Below, in pieces: positions 27,501 to 39,969 of a DNA stretch of 64,000 nt. A program made the position numbers and the translations under genes. A model generated the notes under the pieces. That model did not search any database. It saw only the letters and a list, made by a program, of their open reading frames with translations, and was not told the origin of the DNA. The stretch is from Lama guanicoe (Eukaryota). Positions within the stretch are counted from its first letter, which is position 1, and each line of letters opens with the position of its first letter. The DNA is taken from assembly GCA_013239625.1 (NCBI GenBank), contig MU053652.1:1366001-1430000 (forward strand). The letters are read 5' to 3'.

Positions 27501-29611
27501 GCTTTAGAAGCATATATAAAAATCTGTTTACCCCCCTTAATTGACAGTGCCTAAGCTGGAAATAGAAAGGAAGGAGATAGAAAGAAAGAAGGAAGAAAGA
27601 AAGGCTGTATAGTGCAATTTTAATGTCTTTTCTCTGTTCTCTTTTCACTTTTTCTTCCACCAACAGATTTGGGGAAATTAAATAGCCACGAAACAGGACC
27701 TTTGGTTTTTGTTACCTCTGGTTCTGATGTGGCTCCTAATAGGACAGCTTCTTTCTTCCTCACTTGAGGCCACCTGAGCACCAGTGAAACTATGACTGAC
27801 ATTTGCAGGAACCTAAAAATTACTCAGGGTAGAAACAACTGTTGGCAAAACGTCCTTGATATGCAGTTGTATCTGCCATTTTCTTTATAATGAATAAGAG
27901 AATATATTAACATTCTGCTTTGATTAGCATTTGTAATACATGCAAAGATATTAACCGGCAACACAATTCTGAAATAGCATCTCATGGGCAGAAGCCCTAG
28001 TTTACAAGCAGGGAAATAAGACTGTGGTCAAATGACCTCTTTCCTAAATACTGGAAGTGGTAAAGCTCCATCTGCTAAGCGATACTTCCTTCAGTCTAAA
28101 TATTGGTGCTGATAGCTAATACTGGAGATCTGAAAGTGGTAAAAATTAATGATGTTTGGTAGAAATTAGTAGTTTAATTTATTTACCATCATTTTGAAAC
28201 GTTTTCATAGAAGTCCTTGGTGCTTTATCTCATTATGTGGGTTGTGATAAAAATTAACTCATTCTTTTATCCAATTTAAATAACCACACCAGTTATTCAG
28301 ACCTTAAATTGATGTTACCATCCTGAGCAGTACTGGATATACTCAGCTGGGGTTTTTTTTGACAGTTTACATTGATCAAATTAGACAGATAAGTCAGAGT
28401 TTCTACTTAATGATATGCTGTAGAGCCACGGCCATTGTATTCTCCTTACCGTGAAATGGAATGATATGTTCGAGCTGAACTCCGAAGTTTATAAGCTTTT
28501 TACATCATCTTAGTCATGTGCAATTAACTCCTGAGCAGTAATCAACCCACAGACATCTTTTGTGGTTTTATTATGTGCAAGGTTCCAGGTTCTCGCGTAT
28601 CCTTTACAAGAGCTACTCATTCAGGCACAGGGAAGACCATCTTTAATTTCTCTTCTAGGTTTTCTTTACATCCAGTATTTTATAAATGAGAATCCTGTCC
28701 CACCCTTTCCCCCCCGTCCCTGCTGTGGACTGGGGTACAGGGCCATTACGGTCAGTGCTGTCATTGCCTATTTCAAACCATTTGAAGATGAAGTCATCAT
28801 TAGTACTCTCATATTTCTGCCTGTTCTTGGATGTCCTTTGGTGGTTAAAGTTTTTGAGGCTGAGGAATGGGGAACAGATTTCACAGCATGAATGAACTGA
28901 AAAGTTATCTGACATTTTTAATTAACACTGGCACTTCTGGGCCTCCTGCTGAGGACTACCAGCTTGACTTTACAAAATGACATTTATGACACTAAAGACA
29001 TAGAAAGTCACTGAAAGAGGCTGAAAACCAGTTTCTGGCCTGTTTGAATACTGGTTTAATGGTAATAGAAGTTGAACTGTGTGGTGTTGATTATTCTCGA
29101 AACGATCAGCTTGTTTTAGACAGGATTTTGCTGCTATGAAAGAAAATGAAAGCAGTTTACCATCAATTCTGTTGAGTTCCCCCTTGGTGCCCAGTCACAA
29201 GTAGCAGCCCTGCCACCAGCAGCGGGCACATCTGTGCCAAGTGTAATTACTTCAAATACAATTCCATTTATTCATGGGGAAGATTGTTGCTCCCCGTGAG
29301 AACATAGTTGAGAGAAGAAAAGATGTACAGGTTTATGTTAATGATGTGCCCCGTGCTGGAGGCTGATTTTAGCGTGAGTGCAGCTTTTTAATCCCTTCAC
29401 CAAAAACATGTGCAAGAACTTTCTTATGGCACCACCTGAACACGTTGTGAGTACCTTCAAGTTATGTGAACAGTCACCAACTCTCACCTGAATTGTATTC
29501 TAAAATTTGGTTTTTAAGTTGGCTGTTTGAAAGTGGAAACACGTTTTTCTTTAGAAATAAGGCAATAATAGTTAGGTTCCCAAAACAACTTACCAAAGTT
29601 TATTAGTTGAA

Positions 29612-29650
29612 ATGATGATGATGATGATGATGATGATGATAATGATAATA
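29612..29650. repeat. (ATG)n/(ATA)n microsatellite
   Basis: About 9 ATG units followed by ATA variants. Confidence 0.9.
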
Positions 29651-29870
29651 AAGTAGCTACTAATTGCGAAAAGCTCACTATATCCCGGGCATTGTGTTGA
29701 GAGCTTATATGTTATCCTACTAATCTTTACAGCAGTCTTAAACAGTGAGAACCCATGAAGAAGTTGCACCTTAGAGATCACACCAGCTTCCACAGCAAGT
29801 GAAAAGTGGAGCCCAGATTTGGACACAGGCATCTTAGACACCAGATTCCGTGCTAACCGTCACAGTGAAT
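29650..29870 (-). mobile_element. MIR
   Basis: agctcactatatcccgggcattgtg...gatcacaccagc...ggagcccagatttggacacaggcatcttagacaccaga. Confidence 0.7.
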
Positions 29871-30119
29871 GTTCCAGTAGGAGCAGTGACTAAAGTCCGG
29901 AACCTCACTAACTTTGGTCATACTGTTTTATTAGAAGACTCATCTCAAGTGCGGTTGGGATGATAGAACACTTGTCCCCTGGCCCCCGCATAGTAGTTTG
30001 GGCTCCGTTCCTCACACGCCCGCATCACGCCCGCACGCGCTTGGGCTGACACCATGGTGACAAGGAGTGGAGGGGCCCAGCGGCCCTGCAGTGAGAGGTC
30101 CAAGCAGCCTGTGGGGTTT

Positions 30120-31375
30120 GGCAGGTGCTGTGCCAGGTGCTGAGAGTGCTGTGTAGACTAAATGGACGTGAGTCCTGCCCTCTTAGAGCTCACAGACTAA
30201 TGGGAGAAATGACTGGTCACCCAGATAACTCCACAGCTGTAGTTGTGCTAAGCGCCATCAAATGCTATAAGAGCACGTGTCATAGGAATTGACTGTGAGG
30301 TGTCAGAGACGACCTCTCTTTAGGCTGAAATAGTAGGTGTCAAGAACGTACAGGAAGGCCATGTAAGCAGCAAGATCAGCCTGTTAAGGCCCTGCAGGAG
30401 GAGTTAAGCTCCTCTGGGGTTCTGGAGGGATGCATGCAGGAAAGCCTAGTGGAGAGAGAGATGAGGCTGCAGATGGAGGCAGCGGCCACATCCTGCTAGG
30501 CCTTATTAGTATTTTGAATTTTATCCCAAGAACAGTAGGCAGTGCTTGAAGGATTAGAGTTGTAATCTGAAAGTTCTAAGATCCATTTGAAAGGGGACAC
30601 TGCAGATATTGTGTTGATAAGATTTGCAGCAGGGATGAGGCTTGGGGACTCAGGATGGAAACCAGGAGACTGCTTAGGAGATTCTTGAAATATTCCAGAT
30701 GGTGGCTGTAGTGACTTGGACTAGAATAATGACAGTAGAGCTGGAGAGACGTAGGTAGATTCCAGATCTGTTTTAGAAGTTTAATTGCTATGACTTGGTG
30801 ACAGATTGGATATTAGGAATGAGAGAAAGGGAAGTGTCTGGATATAGGGAATGAGAGAAGGGGAGGGGATTTTGGAGGGTCCATTTACTGAGATGGGGAG
30901 GAAAGAACAAATTGGGGGTAGAGGAAGGAATTTAGAGTTCTGTTTTAGACACATGGCACTTGTGAAAACCTTCAGTGTGACTCGCAGGAGGCAGCCACCT
31001 ATAGGAAGGCAGGGCTAGAGATATGAACTTGATAGCTGTCAGCACACAGGTGACATTAAAGCCACAAGAGTGGTTGAGATAATGGTGGAGAGAGTGTAGA
31101 GAGAAGAGCAGAGACCTCCAGGACATATCCCTGAGGAACTCCCACATCTAGAGATCAGCTAGAGGAAGCTGAGCTGGTGGAGGAGCAGAGAAGGAAGTGC
31201 AGGGTTTATAGAAGCCAAAAAACCCCTTTCAAGAGAGGGAAGTAATTTACTTGAACAAGTCTGTGCCAGCTGGTTCCATAAGATGTCTACTAAGAATCGT
31301 TGGACTTGACCACTTAGGTGTGGATGGAAGAGAATGGATGGGAGGTGGGCAGTGGTGATGGCTGTCATAAGGATA
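30120..31375 (-). mobile_element. L2 (long fragment)
   Basis: tgtgccaggtgctgag, gtcctgccctcttagagctcacagactaatggg, gacttggtgacagattggat, ccatttactgagatgggg, agagttctgttttagaca. Confidence 0.8.
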
Positions 31376-31383
31376 GTGTTTGC

Positions 31384-31597
31384 TAGAGCTGTGCTTTCAA
31401 CAATGTGAAAGCCACTAGCCACATATGACTGATTAGATTTAAATTTATTAAAATTACGGAAAATTTAAAATGCATTACCTTTGTTGCATTAGTCACATCT
31501 TGGGTGCTCAGTAGCAACATGTGGCCTTGATCACTGTGTCAGGCTGCATAGATGTAGACTGTTTCCGTCACTGAAAAGTTCTCTTGGAAAGCGCTTT
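31384..31597. mobile_element. MER3-like hAT-Charlie MITE
   Basis: agccactagccacatatgact...gttgcattagtcacat...gtgctcagtagcaacatgtggc...ttccgtcactgaaaagttctcttggaaagcgct. Confidence 0.75.
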
Positions 31598-33517
31598 ATC
31601 TGAGAACATGGGAGGGTAGTGAAAATGATCCAGTAGGGACAGAAATTGTTAACAGAGGTACTCTTCCTCCAAAGTAACGATAGAAAAGGGGCAGATACCC
31701 AAAAAAAAGAAAGAAATTTATGGGAAGAAAAGAGAGTTATCTCTTGGTGTCTGTTTTACTCAGTAAAAACTAAAAAATAGCCAAGAGTGAAAGAGAAATG
31801 GAGATGGAATGACACAATCATTGGAAAGAGGGCAAAGGTGAATTTACCACGGAAATTTAAAAACATGGTAGGCAGAATTACCATCTACCTATGAATTTAC
31901 ATTGGTTAGAGTTTCCCTGGTTATATGATTTTCCTCCATTAACACTCAACTGGAGAGCTATATTAAGGGACGTTTGTACGGCAGACATTCATAGACTGGA
32001 CTTTGTGTGAAGGCTTTAGGTTAATACTGGTGAGTTAGAACCCTAAGGGAGATGTAAAACTAATAGGGCTCAGCATGGTGAATCCCATCCAAGACATGAA
32101 TTCAAAAATATGTTGTTTGGTCCTGCAGTCGTACATCATTATCCCTTTACATAGGAATCATTGGGATTCCGCCTCTGAAATACTTATGTTGTGAGGCTTA
32201 TCATAATCATTTGAAGAATTTGTGCAAGAGGCTGTTTTCTCTACTCTCATGGTTAGTCTTGTTAATTTCAGTCTCAGCAGCAGCCTAAAGCATTAAGCCA
32301 ATTTGCTAAATCTTGCCTGTCCTCTGGAAAATGCTTAAATCCATTTATGTAACACAAGAGGTTGACATTGTATGTTGTGTTGGAATGTAATGCCTTCTTA
32401 TGGCATCAGTACCGAATACTTCAGTTAATCAGAACTGAAAAAAGAAATGTTAGAATTTCTAAATTAAGAATTGTGTAGATGGTCCATAGATGCACATGGA
32501 GTTTATTGTGATTATACATCCCATGTAAACTCTTTGCTTCTATTAGTTATAAAATTCTGTGGAGGTGTATCCCTCATTTATGTGGTATTAAGTAGGGAAA
32601 TATTAGCTACTTGAATTCATAGTGTACTTGTCTTCCAAAAATTGGTAAGTAGTAGTACCATGTGTGATTAGTTGTACTTAACGCTAGAGGTGAAACAGAG
32701 TATGAGTTAGCAACTAACTTTCCAAGTTCTTTTCCCTCCCGGTTACCTTAAACATGTTTGTTTCCCAAATGCAAAGAGACTCCCCTCACTCTCATTTCTA
32801 GGGACTTTTAAGGGAATTAAGAGATTAGCACTTACAACACTCTAAGTTTCAAAGATGCAGGGCACTTTGTACAAAATCATGTTGTTAGGGTGTTTTTAAA
32901 AAGCCTCAATGTTCAAACCTTTTGAAATCAATTTAGTTCCTATGGAAACTTATCATTTGTAGATAGTGCCCTTACCCATGAGTGAAAAATAAAATCAATT
33001 CAGAGAATGGTTTTATAATTTTATCACATGGCTTGGAAAGTCGACATTAGGAATACATGTAGTTGTGCTCTTTGGCTGTCATGCTGGCTCATATTAGATT
33101 GTGTTTGAAAACAGCCTTGCAAATGTCACCATCTATCCTTCACTGTGAGGCCAGAGTAGGTAAATACTGGCTTAATGAAGTTCCAGTGGGTTCTCTTTCT
33201 CCCAAAACCTTCAGTAGTAGCTGGTGAGAATTGGAAAGGGATATGAGAAATTTTTAAAGTAAAAATTGCATATAGAAGGTGAAAAGAGAAGGAAGAGTCC
33301 TGAGTGACCCTAAGAAAGGTTGGCATTTTGCAGGGTAAGCATTTTGTAGAACTCATGTTGATGCACTTGAAAAGAAGGCAGCTGGGTGCAGAGACTATTT
33401 GGAGGCTAATAGTAGTAGTCTCTGCATGAACTGATAGCTTAGCACAGGGTGACGAGAGAGAGAACTGAGCAAGGGTTGATAGGGAAAGACATTTCCAAGA
33501 AAGAATTAACAGTCTTA

Positions 33518-33653
33518 GGGGGAGAGTATAGCCCAAGTGGTAGAGTGCATGCTTAGCATACATGAAGTCCTGGGTTCAGTCCCCAGTACTTCTTCAAAAT
33601 AGAAATAAATACATAAACCTAATCCCCCCCCCCATAAAACAAACAAACAAATA
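33518..33653 (+). mobile_element. tRNA-Ala-derived SINE resembling the camelid-specific family
   Basis: A box tagcccaagtgg, anticodon-loop remnant cttagcat, B box ggttcagtcc, tail aaacctaatccccc...(aaac)n. 18-bp TSD at 33500-33517 and 33654-33671 with 3 mismatches. Confidence 0.88.
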
Positions 33654-33721
33654 AAAGAACTAACAATCTCAGTGACTTCCTGAATATAAAGTATTAAACA
33701 AGAGCAAAGGAGCCAATATTT

Positions 33722-35909
33722 TGTTTGTTTGTTTTACATTTTTTTATTGAGTAATACTCATTTTACAATGTTGTGTCAAATTCTAGTTTAGAGCACAATT
33801 TTTCAGTTATACATGAACATACATATATTCATTGTCACATTTTTTTTCTCTGTGAGTTACCACAAGATCTTTTACATATTTCCCCTTGCTGTACAGTATA
33901 ATCTTGTTTATCTATTCTGCATTTTAAAATCCCAGTCTGTCCCTTCCCACCCCCCACCCCCTTGGCAACCACAAGTTTGTATTCTATGTCTATGAGTCTG
34001 TTTCTGTTTTGTATTTATGTATTTTTTGTTTTGTTTTTTCTTTTTTTTAGATTCCTCATATGAGCGATCTCATATGGCATTTTTCTTTCTCTTTCTGGCT
34101 TACTTCACTTAGAATGACATTCTCCAGGAACAACCAAGTTGCTGCAAATGGCATTATGTTATCGGGTTTTGTGGCTGAATAGTATTCCATCATATAAATA
34201 TACCACATCTCCTTTATTCAGTCATCTGTTGATGGGCATTTAGGCTGTTTCTTTGTCTTGGCTATTGTAAATAGTGCTGCTATGAACACTGGGGTGCAGG
34301 TGTCATTTTGAAGTAGGGTTCCTTCTGGATATATGCCCAGGAGCAGGATTCCTGGGTTATATGGTAAGTCTATTCCTAGCTTTTCGAGGAATCTTCATAC
34401 TGTTTTCCACAGTGGCTTTCCTTGCTTCCCTCTCTCACTCTTAATGATTTAGATGTCTTCTTTTATGGCTTTGTGTTTATTCTTTTTGTAATTCATGGCA
34501 ATTATCTCCTTTCTAGTTATGAATTTCTCATTTTTGTAGCATCCTGCTTCTTTTCTATTTAGAGTAGACCCGTCAGTATTTCTTTTAGCATGGGTTTAGT
34601 GTTGCTAAACTCTTTTAGTTTTTGCTTGTCTGTGAAGTTCTTTATCTCTCCTTCTATTCTAAAGGATAGCCTTGCTGGATAGAGTATCCTAGGCTGCATC
34701 TTTTTTTCATTCAGGACTTTGAATATATCTTGCCACTCCCTTCTGGCCTGTAGTGTTTGTGTAGAGAAATCAGCTGAGAGCCTTATGGGGGTTCCCTTGT
34801 AACTTGCTCTTTGTTTTTCTCTTGCTGCCTTCAGGATCATTTCTTTATCCTTGACTCTGGCCATCTTGATGATATATCTTTGTGTGGGTCTGTTTGGGTT
34901 CTTCCTATTTGGGACCCTCTAAGCTTCCTGTACTTGGATATCTGATTCCTTCTTTAGGTTTGGGAAGTTTTCAGTCATGATTTCTTCAAAGACCTTTTCG
35001 ATCCCCTTTGTTCTTTCTTCCCGTTCTGGAACCCCTATTATGTGTAAATTGGCATGCTTTGTATTATCCCATAGATCCCTTATATTGTTTTCATTGTTTT
35101 TATTTGTTTTTCTCTCAGCTGTTCTGATTGGGTGCTTTCTGTTGTCCTGTCTTCTAGGTCACTAATTTGTTCCTCTGTATTATGTAGCCTGCTTTGTACA
35201 GCCTTTAGGTCAGCTCTCATCTCAGCAAATGAGTTTACTAATTCTACTTGGTTCTTCATTATAGCTTCTATTTCATTTTTGACATATTTTATATCTCTAA
35301 ACACTATTTCTTTTAGTTCCTTCAGTACTTTGATCACTCCTTTTTTTGAAATCTTGATCTAGAAGGCCATCAATGTCTATTTCCTTGATCGTGCTATCAG
35401 GGGATTTCTCTTGATCTTTTAATTGGGAGTGGTTCCTCTGCTTCTTCATATTGCTCATATCTCTCTGGCACTGTGGCTTAAGGAGTATCAGTTACCTAGT
35501 TCTCCTGGAGATGGTGTGCTCTTAATGATTTTATCGAGAGGTCTTTGTGTCTTTGCCCTGTTTTGCGAACTCAGCTTGCTGTTTCCAGAGGCCCTCTTTT
35601 GGCACCCTTGTCTGTGCTGCTCCCAGTGGCTGTCGGCTAGCAGATCACACCCCCTCCCAGCACTGGGTCGGGGATGCTGAGCTCTTACCCGATGGACAGG
35701 CGGGTCACTCCCCCTCCCGATGCCGCAGTCAGATGCTGCGCTCCAGTGAGGCAGGTGGGCGGATCGTGCCCCCTCCCAGCACTGTGGTCAGGTGCTGCAT
35801 TCCTGCCGAAGGTGAGTGGCCACCCACCCTCTCCCGGCGCCTGTCGCTCTGCTGCTCTGTGCAGCTGCCTGCTCCACCTTGGGTCGGCACTCCATGCCAA
35901 ATCTCAGCT
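33722..35909 (-). mobile_element. L1 with 5'UTR, ORF1 and spacer joined directly to the ORF2 C-terminal tail and 3'UTR
   Basis: 17-bp TSD caaaggagccaa(t/c)attt at 33705-33721 and 35910-35926. ORF1 peptides present. Junction near 34417. Confidence 0.9.
34559..35458 (-). pseudogene. Disrupted L1 ORF1p (about 300 codons)
   Basis: MSNMKKQRNHSQLK...EEQISDLEDR...IIGVPE...ILKAAREK...YKGTPIRLSADFS.QTLQARREWQDIFKVL...PRILYPARLSF. Two A-run frameshifts (near 35345 and 35100) and an in-frame TAG near 34920. Confidence 0.9.
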
Positions 35910-36419
35910 CAAAGGAGCCAACATTTAATGTATGATGATGAGCTGTCACTGTTGCTATTGGTGAAAAATGGAAGGATAATGTCTGGATATGAAAATGGGA
36001 ATCAAATAAATTGGACATATCCAGTTATTGTTTAGTCTTGGAGTCTTAGAATTAGAAAGACTATAAGAGGACCATCCAATCTAGTCCCTGGCTTCAGATG
36101 GGTAAGATTACTATCTGTGCAGCAAAGAACTGAAGCTCAGAGAAACCTAAGACACACAGTTACTGACTGTTGGAGAGCAACTAGAAAACCCATTTCATCA
36201 CACACAAGGTAATAGGAGAGAACCCCCAAAGGAGAAGAATAACTTTGCCAGGAGCAAAGAACAGCAGGGATGAAGAACTGAGTTTTGGAGATACAGTTAA
36301 GCCAGGGAGGGAGGTTAGGAGAGAGCAATGAAAGACAGAAGGGACCATCTTCTCTGACAGGCAGGAATCTCATGAAAGGGGAAAGCTGCCAGGCTTTTCA
36401 AATGCTCATGTTGCATCTT

Positions 36420-36947
36420 TTCTATCTGTCTATCTATTTATTTATTTTTATTGAAGTACAGTTGATTTACAGTGTTGTGCTCATTTCTGCTGTGCTGCAT
36501 AGTGATTCAGTTCTTTTTCATATTCTTTTCCATTGTAGGTTATTACAAGATACAGAATATAGTTCCTTGTGCTATACAGGAGGACCTTGTTGTTTATATA
36601 TTATATATGTAGTATTTTGTATCTACTAATGTCAAATTCCTGGTTTATCCCTCCCCTCTCTTTTCCCCTTTGGTAACCATAAATTTGCTCTCTGTCTGTG
36701 AGTCTGTTTCTGTTTTATAAATAAGTTCATTTGTATCACTTATTTAGATTCCACATATCAGTGATATCATATATTTGTCTTTGACTTACTTCATTTAGTA
36801 AGATAATCTCTAGGTCCATCCATGTTACTGCAAATGGCATTATTTTGTTCTTTTTTATGGCTGAGTACTATTCCATTTTATAAATTACCACAGCTTCTTT
36901 ATCCAGTCATCTGTTGATGGACATTTAGGTTGCTTCCTTATCTTGGT
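36420..36947 (-). mobile_element. Truncated artiodactyl-type L1 3' end
   Basis: tttttattgaagtacagttgatttacagtgttgtg...tctctaggtccatccatgttactgcaaatggc...gatggacatttaggttgcttcc. Confidence 0.9.
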
Positions 36948-38829
36948 TGGCTTGCCCTGTAACTTAAAATAATTGGGCAGTTTCTTTGTCTTTCTTCTCA
37001 CAAGATTGCTGAGATACTAAATCAGAAGGGCTTGTGCTGAAGGCTGACATGTATAAAGGAATTTTGAATTATTTCCCAATTTACATTTTGTCTTTTTCTG
37101 GCATTTGCATGTGGAATTTCATATCTAGTGTCTTGGTGTTGTCTTAAGTTTTCAAACAGTCTTCTATTTAGCACCACATAACCCATAGAAATGGCTTTTG
37201 GTGCATAAGCATCTGAAAGGAAAGCAAACTTTCTTATAGCAATTTCTCAGGGCAAATAAAATATATATAAATAATGTGGCATTGTAATCTTTAAAATCAG
37301 TTTTTTTCTGATAAGCAACATATTATGTCCATGACAGAAAATTTGAATATCCCATGTAAAAGTAGTTCTTCTTCTTAACTCTGTGACCTCTTGTCCAAAT
37401 CCCTTCCTTGGAATCAACTGCTGTTACCACTTGTGGATTTTTTCAGATACGTTGTATGAATATATCAGCATATACATGTTACATGATTTTAAATTGAAGT
37501 TGAGGCCATCATGAGCTTCTTATGCAGAATGAGTATTTATAGTTGATCAACATCTATAAACTCCTGTTTTTCAAATGTATCTTATACCAAGCTTTCTCCA
37601 CTTTTATTAACCATTAATCAACCAGTAATTTCAGTGTACATCTATTTTGGAGAGTGCGAAGGGGGCTCAAACACAAAGTTCTAGGCACAATATAAGTGTG
37701 AGGGCAAGACCTACAGTAAATGCATAAATGTGTCCTTGCCTTAACTACACTAACTATATGCAAAGTACGTGCTGTTGTGGGAAATACAACTTGGGGGATG
37801 TAGGATGGTCTCTGGCCTGTCCCCTGCTGTGTTGAGCATCTCCTGGGGTGATGCCCCTGGGCCTTCTCACATGCCTCTGCATGCCTGGCAGCTGGGCCTC
37901 GCCAGGTTTGCACTCCCATCTCTACTCTTCTGTCACCAGTACTTTCTGATGCCCTTAGGAGCAGAACCCGTCTTTTCATGGACTGCCCCGTTTCTTGCTC
38001 ACATGGATTCCCGTTGCTGTCAGATGACTCATTAGCTTTTGAGGTTTCCCTCCAGACCATTTCCTTCCACTCCTGCATCTCACCAACCTCATTTTTTATA
38101 TTCCTCACTGTGGACTTCTGCTTTAACCAAGAGATCCATGTTTCTGCTTAATCACACCATATCTGCATGGGCCACGGCTTCCTTTCTGCCCACTTGTCTT
38201 CCTTTTAAAAGACAATGAAAACTCTACTTTTTTTCACACAACCTTCCCTATTTACCCAACTTCTGAACACACCATTACTCATTACTGTATTTTTTATGGA
38301 AATCCCTTTATCTGCTTGTAGAACATGTCCTTGCTGAAAGTGTTTTAGCTTTCTGTCCTGTATATAAGTTTCCATATCAATCTTTGAAGAAAAAAAAGAA
38401 GTCCATTAGTGACATCACTGCCTCTGCCTCCTAACTTTCTTCTTCCTCAGCCTTTGCTTCTTCCACCTTTCTGTTTGGAGTGCCTTTCTGTCCTGACTGC
38501 CTGAGCCCTTCCTGTTCTTTAAGACTGCTGAATTCTCTTCATATCATCTGAGACCTTTTCCAGTCATCTCCAGCCCGATGTACTCCTCCCCTTCCATATT
38601 TTCACTATTACCAGATGTGCCCCATAAAAACAACTCTTATCGGATGGGTGTGTCTCCCGCCCCACCACCCCCAACAGTGCCTGGTGTATAAAAGGCACTC
38701 TGTAAAGGATATTTAACTGACCCAAACCCACTGCCTCGATCTCTTTACTGCCCACTTTAAAATTTACCAGTTTCCTGCCATCTGGCTTCTGCCTTATGTA
38801 CTATAGTGAAATTATTTCTCCAAATTACT

Positions 38830-39790
38830 AGGAACGATAAATGCTGGATAGGATGTGTAGAAAAGGGAGCCTTCTTATACTGTTGGTGGGAAGGTAGTTT
38901 GTTGCAGCTGTTATGGAAAACAGTATTGGAAATTCCTTAAATAATTAAAAATTGACTTGCCATATGATCCAGCAATCCCACTCCTGGCCATATTTCCAGA
39001 GGAAACTAATTCAAAAAGTTATATGCACCCCAGTGTTCATAGCACTATGTATAATAGCCAAGACATGAAAGCAGCCTAAACAACATCAACAGATGACTGG
39101 ATAAAGAAGTTGTGATATATATACACACAAATGACCACTACTCAAACATAAAAAAGAATAAAAGAATGCCATTTGCAGCAACATGGATGGACCTAGAGAT
39201 TGTCATGCTAAGTGAGGTAAGCCAGAAAGAGAAAGAAAAATACCATATGATAATCACTTACATGTGGACTCTTAAAAAAAAAAAAAGACACAAATGAACT
39301 TACTGACGAAACAGAGACAGACTCACAGACATAGAAAACAAATCTATGTTTACCGGGAGAGAAGGAGGGAGTGGCGGGACAAATTGGGAGTTCAGGATTT
39401 GCAGATACTTACTAATATATATATAAAGTAGATAAACAACAAGGTCCTACTGCATAGCACAGGGAACTCTATTCAATATCTTATAATAACTTATAATGAA
39501 AAAGAATATGTGTACATATGTATGACTGAATCACTTTGCTGTACACCTGAAACTAACATTGTGAATCAACTACACTTCAATAAAATTAAAAAAAATCAAA
39601 CAAATAAACACCAGGGTCCTACCATATAGCATGGGGAACTATATGCAGTGTCTTGTAAAAACCTGTAATATAAAGAAAAGAATATGACTATGAATATATA
39701 TATGAAAAAATATATATATATATAAACTGAATCACTATGCTGTACACCAGAAATTAATGGAACATTTTAAACCGACTATACTTCAATAAA
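38830..39790 (+). mobile_element. L1 ORF2 end plus 3'UTR, with two successive 3' termini
   Basis: ORF2 C-terminal remnant (MPFAATWMDLEIVMLSEVSQKEKEKYHMI). Termini ctacacttcaataaaa near 39570-39585 and ctatacttcaataaaa near 39775-39790. Confidence 0.88.
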
Positions 39791-39969
39791 AGATCCTGTC
39801 TCAGAGCCTGTCTTGTAGTCTGAATACAATGGATAAATCTTCCTGCTAGCTTGAAAGTAACTTCGAGAAAATCCTAAGACCACTTCTCCCTTTCTGTTCA
39901 CCAATGATGGATGTCCTCTTGTCTAGAACGCTGTATATTCAGTTTCTGTCCCATTCAAAACCAGAGTTC

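Noticed and set aside
28562..28891. 109-aa hydrophobic ORF
   Set aside because: GTG start, no family resemblance, and no supporting splice structure.
33518..33595. tRNA-Ala(AGC)-like sequence as a real tRNA gene
   Set aside because: The stems are mismatched, and an A-rich tail plus flanking TSD identify it as a SINE head.
35547..36035. Overlapping ORFs on both strands, considered as an ORF0-like antisense ORF
   Set aside because: Explained by the low stop-codon density of the GC-rich L1 5'UTR. The long ORF has a non-ATG start and runs out into flanking DNA.
37614..38108. 164-aa minus-strand ORF
   Set aside because: Non-ATG start and no recognisable homology; a chance ORF.
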